64,000 nt of DNA from Bacteroidota bacterium (GTDB lineage Bacteria; Bacteroidota; Bacteroidia; AKYH767-A; OLB10), in assembly GCA_016714535.1 (NCBI GenBank), contig JADKDR010000005.1, positions 358,966 to 422,965 on the forward strand, in the 5' to 3' direction. Below the pieces are notes generated by a model. That model was not told the DNA's origin. It ran no database searches and saw only the letters and a list, made by a program, of their open reading frames with translations. The position numbers and the translations under genes were made by a program. Below are positions 19,412 to 27,010 of the stretch, one piece after another (within the stretch, counting starts at the first letter, position 1; each line of letters begins with the position of its first letter).

Positions 19412-20692
19412 TTGGTGAAGATCAAGGCTTTTGCAAGAGGGGTTAAGTGCATTGCCAATCGGACGGCACTGTTTATTGGCTTATGTACCGTTTTGCTTTC
19501 AGCATGTAATCCTTCAAAAAGGACTAAAACTTCTTCGCAAATACAGTTTCCAACGGATACTGCTACAACGATTCATTCTAATAAGGACACCGTCATTGAT
19601 AATACGGAAAAGGGCGAACAAACACTTTCCATGAACTTTGTATTGCCATTTGATTTTGAAGAGAACCTGCAAACTGAAGGCGGCACTGGCAGCGAAACAA
19701 AAGTAGGCTCTGACGGCACTGAGCGATCTGCAGCAGCAATAAGTTTTTATCAGGGATTTCAAATGGCTGCTGCTGATCATGCATCCGAAAAGATAAAACT
19801 TAAAAGCCGTGCAATAGATACCGCTCAAGATTCGCTTTTATTGACAGCAAACTTGATTTTGGATGAAACATATAATGCCTCTTATATTTTTTCTCAGCTG
19901 AACCAGGTGCAGCTCGATCAATTGCAAAAACAAAATAAAATGCATCGTAAGTGGATTGTATGTCTTAATGCAATTCAGCAAGATTGTGAGCAGTGCATTC
20001 AACTCGTTCCCAACAATGCGCTTTTAATAAAGATGGCATCGCAGTATATATTCAAGAACTATGCGGCTGAACAAATTACTTGTTTATATCGCCCTTCGAA
20101 TAATAAAGAAAAAAACCTGGCATTTAGTTTTATTAACCAATTGAGAGGGATGGGCGATAGCTCAACTGTAATTCCATTTGAGTACGGTATAACCAAGGAT
20201 TCGCTCGTATTAAAGAGCAGCAAAACAAAACGGTTGATTATTATTGCAAGCAATGATGAATCGTATGTGTCGGCAGTTTTTAATTGGTTAAAGTATTATG
20301 CAGATAGCGAAAACCTTACGGTTTTCGGAATGCCAACCTGGGAGAATTTCGAATCCATCGATTTTAATCAGTTCCTTAAATTCAATACTACCATTTTTAA
20401 TTCTAACTATGTAAATTACAATAGTCCTGAATTTACGGAGTTCAAGAAAGTATATACCAACCGTTACCACGCGGCACCCACACAGGCAGCTTATCTTGCG
20501 TACTTTTTTACCAAAGGGCTTATTGATATTGGCAACAGCGGTAAGTTAGTAGAATCGGGATTTAGTGAAGAAGATGCTGCCCTGTTTAACAACGATTTGT
20601 TTAATATAAAAGGAACAGGAAAAAATAGATATAGCAACTTAAAAGTACATATACTTAAATTTAAGGATTACAAACTGGTGCCGGTAGAGTAA
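19412..20692 (+). CDS. Hypothetical lipoprotein (possible periplasmic ligand-binding fold)
   Basis: 426 aa. Lipobox LLSAC. Non-ATG start (TTG/GTG) 4 nt after the upstream stop. Confidence 0.45.
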   Translation: MVKIKAFARGVKCIANRTALFIGLCTVLLSACNPSKRTKTSSQIQFPTDTATTIHSNKDTVIDNTEKGEQTLSMNFVLPFDFEENLQTEGGTGSETKVGSDGTERSAAAISFYQGFQMAAADHASEKIKLKSRAIDTAQDSLLLTANLILDETYNASYIFSQLNQVQLDQLQKQNKMHRKWIVCLNAIQQDCEQCIQLVPNNALLIKMASQYIFKNYAAEQITCLYRPSNNKEKNLAFSFINQLRGMGDSSTVIPFEYGITKDSLVLKSSKTKRLIIIASNDESYVSAVFNWLKYYADSENLTVFGMPTWENFESIDFNQFLKFNTTIFNSNYVNYNSPEFTEFKKVYTNRYHAAPTQAAYLAYFFTKGLIDIGNSGKLVESGFSEEDAALFNNDLFNIKGTGKNRYSNLKVHILKFKDYKLVPVE

Positions 20693-20884
20693 GGATAGGC
20701 ACTTTACTAATAGCAATATTGCTCAAGAAGGATATAATTTGACTAATACGGTTTTAAAAAAAACGTAGCTGAAGTTTCATACTTTACATATTGCAAATAT
20801 TAAGTTTAGCCTTTATTAATAATTTAATAATCTTTAGTTTACTTTGTACTAACCTAATTGGTGTCACTTTGCAAAAAGCAATTT

Positions 20885-21559
20885 ATGCACGAAAAGATAT
20901 TGTTGGTAGATGATGATCCGGATATACTTGAGTTTGTAAGTTACAATTTAAGGAAGTCAGATTATGATGTATCTCTAGCCACCAATGGCAAAGAAGCCAT
21001 TGAAGTGGCGCTCAAAGAGCGTCCTGACCTTATCATTCTGGATATCATGATGCCTGTTATGGATGGCATAGAAGCATGCAGACAAATACGAGAAATTCCG
21101 GAACTTAAACATACCCTCATTACCTTTTTAACTGCCCGTACAGAAGAGTATTCGCAAATAGCAGGACTGGATAATGGAGCAGATGATTACATAACCAAGC
21201 CAATTAAACCACGCTTACTTATTAGTAGAGTAAATGCGTTGTTGCGTAGAGTAAACCGCAGTAGCGATGAAACATTGCCACTTCACTTTGGCGACTTACT
21301 CATTAATCGCGAAAAGTATCATGTAATGCTAAAGGGAACCCAAATAAGCCTACCCCGCAAAGAATTTGAATTGTTGAGTTTACTTGCTACCAAACCGGGC
21401 AAAGTGTTTACCCGCGAAGATATTTTGAGTAGAGTATGGGGCGATGACATTGTAGTTGGTGATCGTACGATTGATGTGCATATTCGAAAAATTCGTGAAA
21501 AGTTGGGAGATGACTATATTCGTACCATAAAAGGTATTGGATATAAGTTTGACTTGTAA
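20885..21559 (+). CDS. OmpR-family two-component response regulator
   Basis: Receiver domain (LLVDDDPD…DVSLATNGKEA…DIMMP) plus a winged-helix DNA-binding C-terminus (…TRED…DRTIDVHIRKIREKL). Confidence 0.85.
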   Translation: MHEKILLVDDDPDILEFVSYNLRKSDYDVSLATNGKEAIEVALKERPDLIILDIMMPVMDGIEACRQIREIPELKHTLITFLTARTEEYSQIAGLDNGADDYITKPIKPRLLISRVNALLRRVNRSSDETLPLHFGDLLINREKYHVMLKGTQISLPRKEFELLSLLATKPGKVFTREDILSRVWGDDIVVGDRTIDVHIRKIREKLGDDYIRTIKGIGYKFDL

Positions 21560-21562
21560 GAC

Positions 21563-22498
21563 GTGATTCATTTAGTTTATTCTGCTATAATCTTAATAGT
21601 TGTCGCCATTTGGATGGCCGATAAATATAGACAACGCATTCACCTGAAACGTTTCAGAGATAAACTTTTACAACTTTCCAAATCGTTAGTGCCAGAACAG
21701 CAAACAAACTTTTCAAGCAGTTCGATGCTTAGGTTAATTGAATTGAACATTGAGAAAATTGAAGAAGCGCGCGAAATAGAAATGAATAAACTGCGCAATG
21801 TGGATTCGTACCGAAAGGAGTTTTTATCAAATGTTTCGCATGAATTAAGAACACCCATATTTAATATCGAGGGGTACATACACACCTTGCTTGATGGGGC
21901 TCTTGAAGATAAAAACATTAGCACTTCTTATTTGCGTAAAGCAGCCGAAAACCTTGAGCGTATCACCTCACTCATAGATGACCTTGATGCGATATCGCAA
22001 TTGGAACCCGGCAGGTTTGCACTTGAAATTCGAGAGTTCGATATTGTAAAACTGATTTACGATGTGGCCGAGGATCTTAGGCGCAAAGCCATTCAGAATA
22101 ACTGCTATTTGATTATTAGCACGCATATTGATTCATGTGCAGTATTGGCAGATCGCGAACGTATACGGCAAGTGTTAATCAATTTAGTAAATAACAGCAT
22201 TACTTATGGCAAGCAGGGAGGCACTACTACGCTTTCCTTATCAACTGATGATTCGTATTGTTTTGTCGAAGTAAAAGATGATGGCATAGGCATAAGCGAG
22301 GAGCACCTCCCTCGTATTTTTGAGCGTTTTTACAGGGTTGATAAGGACCGCTCCAGGGTTAAAGGTGGAAGCGGTTTGGGCTTGTCTATTGTAAAGCATA
22401 TTATCGAAGCGCATCAATCAGTTATTCAGGTTGAAAGTAAAAGCAATGCAGGAACCCGATTTACCTTTCGAATTGATAGAAAAACGAATGAGAACTAA
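21563..22498 (+). CDS. Sensor histidine kinase
   Basis: 311 aa. N-terminal TM segment. HisKA H-box SHELRTPI. HATPase N-, G1- and G2-boxes (NLVNNSITY, DDGIGI, GGSGLGLSIV). Begins 4 nt after the response regulator. Confidence 0.85.
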   Translation: MIHLVYSAIILIVVAIWMADKYRQRIHLKRFRDKLLQLSKSLVPEQQTNFSSSSMLRLIELNIEKIEEAREIEMNKLRNVDSYRKEFLSNVSHELRTPIFNIEGYIHTLLDGALEDKNISTSYLRKAAENLERITSLIDDLDAISQLEPGRFALEIREFDIVKLIYDVAEDLRRKAIQNNCYLIISTHIDSCAVLADRERIRQVLINLVNNSITYGKQGGTTTLSLSTDDSYCFVEVKDDGIGISEEHLPRIFERFYRVDKDRSRVKGGSGLGLSIVKHIIEAHQSVIQVESKSNAGTRFTFRIDRKTNEN

Positions 22499-22600
22499 TT
22501 TTTTCGATTGAAGTGGTGATGGAGTGCCTAACAGAAATATTTGATAATGCAATGTGTCATCATCATCATCCTAATCATCTTTAGTAAAGTTAACTTTCAG

Positions 22601-22969
22601 TTATTTACATCCTGCAATATTACATAGCCTTGTCCATTGCAATCCGCTTCGGCCTCTTACACAATTGTATGCCTTATCTATCACCCATTTTGTAGGCATC
22701 TCATTATTCTTAACACTTGTACTAAGTAAAATTTCATTTTTTTCTCGTTTCCAACTTCCTTCTATTAATTCCTTTTCGAAAAATGAGTTTAGATAATAAT
22801 ATTGAAAGCTATTATCATCATGCAGATTTAGTTGTGGCAACGATTGCTCTCCACCACAGTTGGCAAAAGTTCCGATACTGAATTTATCCTCTCTTGTAGC
22901 TACTTTAAACGAAATTAACATTACAAAGGCAACAAGGAAAAAAATAGAATAGCTGATATAGTTTTTCAT
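22601..22969 (-). CDS. Hypothetical secreted protein
   Basis: 122 aa with a signal peptide. Confidence 0.4.
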   Translation of the reverse strand: MKNYISYSIFFLVAFVMLISFKVATREDKFSIGTFANCGGEQSLPQLNLHDDNSFQYYYLNSFFEKELIEGSWKREKNEILLSTSVKNNEMPTKWVIDKAYNCVRGRSGLQWTRLCNIAGCK

Positions 22970-23142
22970 TTAGGTGTATCAGAGTTTAAAGAGCTGACTC
23001 CGCTCTTCTATGTTTTTTTTAAAATAAAGTTGGAACTATTAACAATAATACAACGCAGCAGCTTATAATGTTACAGGTTTTAAAAAATAAGTTTAATTAT
23101 ACCCGGTATGCACGTTCTTCAATAGGTGCCGCAGGGTACTTC

Positions 23143-23275
23143 GGTGTTCGACAAGCCATACAGAGCATTTCGAAGAGCGAGTTGTACAATAACTTGAGAC
23201 ATTGTTTTACAAAACTATCAAGTATCTGCATTGCAAATGCACATGAGTGTGGGACATCCGCATTGCAAATGCGGA
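23143..23275. repeat. Repeat module M1 (~130 bp), copy 1: …caagccataCRGARcatttcg…tacaataacttgaRacatYgttttacaaaac…gcattgcaaatgcRgacgagc
   Basis: About 80% identical by eye to 23425-23535 and 26228-26335. Contains two copies of the near-palindrome gcattgcaaatgc. Confidence 0.7.
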
Positions 23276-23535
23276 CTAATGGGGGAGACTTAACTGTAAC
23301 TATATACGTTGCTTTAACTTTTTACATTGCGTAAGAGTCAACAGACTACATGCATTATTAAGATTTGTGCGAGGTTGCAAGTATTGTATTCTCCCCTCTC
23401 CTGAAGGAGAGGGGCAGGGGGTGAGGTTTTTCAACAAGCCATACGGAACATTTCGAGGCATGAGTTTTACAATAACTTGAAACATCGTTTTACAAAACAA
23501 TCATGAATCCGCATTGCAAATGCAAACGAGCAGTG
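23275..23535. repeat. Composite repeat unit (module M2 + module M1), full copy A
   Basis: About 90% identical over roughly 260 bp to 26055-26335. Starts …ttaactgtaactatatacgttgc and ends …gcattgcaaatgcaaacgagc. Confidence 0.8.
23393..23414. other. GC-rich perfect hairpin inside repeat copy A (cccctctcc-tgaa-ggagagggg), followed by cagggggtgagg
   Basis: 9-bp perfect inverted repeat with a 4-nt loop. The identical sequence recurs at 26171-26192. Confidence 0.7.
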
Positions 23536-23559
23536 GATCCTGATACATTACAATTTTGA

Positions 23560-23630
23560 TTTTTAAACAACTTGAAGCATTGCATTAGAAAACTATCTGG
23601 TATCAGCATCGGATATGCGGACGAGCAAAA
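23560..23630. repeat. Partial M1-variant copy (…aaaactatctggtatcagcatcggatatgcggacgagc)
   Basis: Shares …tacaaaactatctggtatcag.atc..atatgcggacgagc with 24575-24632. Confidence 0.6.
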
Positions 23631-23701
23631 GGATTTTTTTGTTTTTGGAAATCTTTTAAACTAACTTTGTACAAAAACAATGCAGTTAAATAAATTTAAA
23701 A

Positions 23702-23911
23702 ATGCACACAGTACATCCACACTACATCACTGACAATACAGGAAAAAAAATATCCGTGGTGCTACCAATGCAAGAGTTTAAAGCTATAATGGAAGAATTG
23801 GAAGAGTTAGCAGATATTAAACTTTATGATGAAGCCAAAGAATCCAACGAGCCTTCTATTCCTATTGACGATGCTTTCAATATAATTGAAGCAAAACGCA
23901 AAGCGAAGTAA
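23702..23911 (+). CDS. Type II antitoxin, Phd/YefM-like
   Basis: 69 aa. KKISVVLPMQEFKAIMEELEELADI resembles the Phd/YefM core. Its stop overlaps the ATG of the downstream RelE/ParE gene (taATG). Confidence 0.6.
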   Translation: MHTVHPHYITDNTGKKISVVLPMQEFKAIMEELEELADIKLYDEAKESNEPSIPIDDAFNIIEAKRKAK

Positions 23912-24165
23912 TGGTTTACAATGTTACTTTAAAGAAACGAGCCATTAAAGCTCTTCTACAAATTAATGAGCCATATTATTCCGAGATCAAGAAGGCTATT
24001 TATAGCCTTGCCAATATTCCGCGCCCTATTGGATATAAAAAACTAAAAGGCAGAGATGGGTAGCGTATCCGTGTGTCAGATTGCCGCATTATTTACGAAA
24101 TTTTTGACGATGTCCTTATTGTTGATGTTATTGACCTCGGGCACAGAAAAGATATTTACGAATAA
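23911..24165 (+). pseudogene. RelE/ParE-family toxin gene interrupted by an in-frame TAG at 24061-24063
   Basis: Reads MVYNVTLKKRAIKALLQINEPYYSEIKKAIYSLANIPRPIGYKKLKGRDG-(TAG)-RIRVSDCRIIYEIFDDVLIVDVIDLGHRKDIYE. The amber replaces the conserved aromatic of the G(Y)xxRVGDYRIIY motif. Confidence 0.7.
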
Positions 24166-24373
24166 AAGCGAAAAACTCTTTTACATGGGTTTTAATTTTA
24201 ATTACTATCCCACACTCTTCAACCTGTTCCACATAGTATGTCGAGTTTCTATGAAAAGTCATTTTTGACGCGTCATCAAAGGGAGGCAAGCTCAAGTCAG
24301 CATTTTGTAACTTCATAATAATCTCCAGCACCGCTTCAAGTAAAGTCTTCTTACTTTTTAAAAATCTCAGCAC
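24128..24373 (-). CDS. Questionable 81-aa ORF antisense to the 3' end of the toxin pseudogene
   Basis: From the ORF track only. No recognisable motif. Overlaps the toxin gene by about 38 nt. Confidence 0.15.
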   Translation of the reverse strand: MLRFLKSKKTLLEAVLEIIMKLQNADLSLPPFDDASKMTFHRNSTYYVEQVEECGIVIKIKTHVKEFFAFIRKYLFCARGQ

Positions 24374-24555
24374 TAGCTGGATTTGAATGTATATTATTTT
24401 TCTTTATTTCACAAACTTGTTAGTGGGAATTTCTTTTTCTTAATTGCCTTCTTCCCAATTCCAAATTTCATCTTTCTTAATAGTAACAGTAGTAACGAAC
24501 TTGTTCTGCCACTGGTTTTGTAAAGGCTTGCGAGAAATTCTCCTACATTAAAATA

Positions 24556-24720
24556 TGTTTTTACAACGACTGGAGAAATTGGTTTACAAAACTATCTGGT
24601 ATCAGTATCACATATGCGGACGAGCGGGCGTGTAGCGCTAAGAATATACGTTGCTTGTGCTTTTAAACTTGTGCACGAGTCACTCTCTGATTGCCTTGGC
24701 TGTGACTCGCCCGAGGCTAA
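24556..24720. repeat. Partial repeat copy (M1-variant end joined to M2-like start …aatatacgttgcttgtgctttt…)
   Basis: Shares gcggacgagcgg and atatacgttgc segments with the full copies. Confidence 0.55.
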
Positions 24721-24724
24721 ATGA

Positions 24725-25519
24725 TTAGTGTTTAATAACAATTTTGTAAGTTTTTATTTGTTCTCCTTGAGTAAGTGAGACAAAATAAATTCCATTATTG
24801 ATTTTTGAAACATCAAGCGATATTGAGGCACTAACTCCTGCAAATATTTTATCAAGTATTTTTTCACCAAGAGAATTGTATAATTGAACTGTCATGTTTC
24901 GCAAGTCAAATGGATGGTTGATAAATAATTCATTGTTTGCGGGGATAGGAAATATAGAATAATTTGGAATTTGAGTTTCTATTAAATCTAAAGCGCAACT
25001 GCCATAAGTGCAATTGCCAAAAACTGAAGAAATGCTGTCTGTAAAACAACTTAAGGCGCAATTTCCTGTGTTTACATAATTGGCATATACTATAAAGCCA
25101 TAATCTAATACAAATCCATAAGTTAAATCTCCAATACCTTGAACCCATTGAATAGGGTCTTGGTACATTTGATAGAAGGGTATACGGGTAAATTTGATTC
25201 TCTTACGTGGAACTCCGCCCAAAATAAGCGTATCAACTGAATCAACGGCAAGAGCATAAGTGTTGGGAAAGGGTGTGTTTGTAACAGCATTAAATGTAAA
25301 CGAATCTCCTACATTCAAGGTAAAATCATATAATAAATTTAGTGAATTGGGATCTGTACCAGCAAAAACTTTATTCGAATCAGTATGAATATAAATCCAA
25401 GGTTTAAGACACAGGGAATCAAAAATTTCTGATTTTGACGAATCAACTTTTTGCAAGAACTTATTATTGACTATAGTATCTCCAGTAATTTGAGTTTGCT
25501 GATAGGTACAGACACACAA
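24725..25519 (-). pseudogene. N-terminally truncated fragment of a T9SS C-terminal-domain (secreted) protein gene
   Basis: 264-aa ORF with a typical CTD (…MTVQLYNSLGEKIL…GIYFVSLTQGEQIKTYKIVIKH). No signal peptide and no ATG. The in-frame upstream sequence hits a stop after about 25 codons. No other minus-strand ORF between 25.5 and 26.1 kb. Confidence 0.6.
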
Positions 25520-25956
25520 AGGTGGCTGACCACTTCCAGGACTATACCAAAATGTTGCAAATTGTGACCAATGTGAATGATTAGGTGCAAACTCTATTCC
25601 TGTCTGAGCAAAAGACTTTTAAAAATAAAAATGTGAATAAAAATTAAAGTGATTGTGGTAATGCTCAGATGTTAATTTTATAAAACGTATACGGTTGGCG
25701 ATGTACATCATTTATAATTAATCCTTAATATACAACAAAGATATGAAAAAAAACAATACTAGCAAACATGGTTGAGCCCTTGCTTCCCCATGAGTTATCG
25801 CTGGTGGCTCTTAGCAATACTATTCAACTTTTTTAATAGTTTTATAGACTAAAATTCAATGCTTTTGCATAGTATTGAAATTTTCAAAATCCCAGTATGC
25901 AAATTTTTTCGATTTAGTTTGGGATTGTTATATTTTTAAGTTGATAGAAGAATTAA

Positions 25957-26040
25957 CCTTAACTATATACGTTGTGTTAGGAATTTATGAGCCAATGGCA
26001 AGGGCGCTTGGGTGAGCAAGGAAGATTTGAAATATTTTTC
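25957..26040. repeat. Partial M2-like repeat copy (ttaaccttaactatatacgttg…)
   Basis: A 22-bp match to the M2 start, then diverged. Confidence 0.4.
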
Positions 26041-26054
26041 GGGTATGTTTTATT

Positions 26055-26335
26055 TTGGTTGTGGACTTTAGGGAGGCTTAACTGTAACTATATACGTTGC
26101 TGCAGCTTTTTACATTACGATTGATTCAACAGTCTGCATGCATTGTTAAGACTTGCACGAGGCTGCGTGTATTGTATTCTCCCCTCTCCTGAAGGAGAGG
26201 GGCCGGGGGTGAGGTTTAAATCGCTGTTCAACAAGCCATACGGAACATTTCGCAGCATGAATTTTACAATAACTTGAAACATCGTTTTACAAAACAATCA
26301 TGAATCCGCATTGCAAATGCGGACGAGCGGGGGGG
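26055..26335. repeat. Composite repeat unit (M2 + M1), full copy B, in direct orientation relative to copy A
   Basis: …ggcttaactgtaactatatacgttgc…ctcccctctcctgaaggagaggggccgggggtgagg…caacaagccatacggaacatttcg…gcattgcaaatgcggacgagcggggggg. Confidence 0.8.
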
Positions 26336-26668
26336 ATTTCATTATTCGTGGGACGGGTTTCCTTTAAAAGGTAGCCACCTAAAACATCAAATTGGGGGTT
26401 TGAAACAGCTTTTACGCAGTTTAAAACGCATTTTGCCTAGCAAGCTGAAAGCTCATTCTTAAGTTTTATTAATTTTTGACACTGTTGGCGAACATAGATT
26501 TAAAAATAATCTACTTGATAATCAGTAATATAAAAAATATTTTAGTACTTGGTGTAACAAGGTACTGTTTTTTGCATTTATATTTGCATAACATTTTACT
26601 AGGTAAGGCATTGTACAGGCTTATACCCAGTATTATAAAAATCAAACTCAGTAAAACACAAATAAGCA

Positions 26669-27010
26669 ATGAGTAATTTAGAGAACACACAGGCTCAAAT
26701 GCGCAAAGGGGTTTTAGAGTTTTGCATATTAAGCATCATTTCCCAAGGCGAAATTTATCCAAGCGATATAATCAGCAAAATGAAGGATGCCAAACTGTTA
26801 GTAGTTGAAGGAACATTGTATCCACTGCTTACGAGATTAAAAAATGCAGGACTTTTAAATTACCGTTGGGTAGAGAGTAACAGCGGGCCACCGCGCAAGT
26901 ATTATTCGCTGACACCAATTGGCGAAAATTTTTTAAATGAATTAAAACAAACCTGGTCTGAATTGGTGCAGGCCGTAAACGAAACCACAAATAAAACCAT
27001 CATACAATGA
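26669..27010 (+). CDS. PadR-family transcriptional regulator
   Basis: 113 aa. Winged helix (LEFCILSIISQGEIYPSDI…EGTLYPLLTRLKNAGLL…KYYSLT). Confidence 0.85.
   Translation: MSNLENTQAQMRKGVLEFCILSIISQGEIYPSDIISKMKDAKLLVVEGTLYPLLTRLKNAGLLNYRWVESNSGPPRKYYSLTPIGENFLNELKQTWSELVQAVNETTNKTIIQ

Noticed and set aside
23300-23500. 66-aa minus-strand ORF (MFCKTMFQVIVKLMPRNVPYGLL…) inside repeat copy A, with a 60-aa counterpart (26115-26297) in copy B
   Set aside because: The two copies differ by non-synonymous changes and an in-frame indel, in a pattern no different from the surrounding non-coding repeat. The ORF spans the GC hairpin. It is most likely a chance ORF created by the repeat, not a conserved gene.
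25741-26050. Possible structured ncRNA in the ORF-free 500 bp between the T9SS fragment and repeat copy B
   Set aside because: Only short, weak inverted repeats (such as gagcc…ggctc) are present, with no conserved motif I can recognise. Insufficient evidence without covariance search.
23143-26335. Integron cassette array (attC sites) interpretation of the repeats
   Set aside because: Only partly supported. The cassette-like alternation and the TA module fit. There is no IntI gene in the window, no recognisable R''/L''-L'/R' attC geometry and no GTTRRRY core. It is kept as a hypothesis inside the main finding, not called as a feature.
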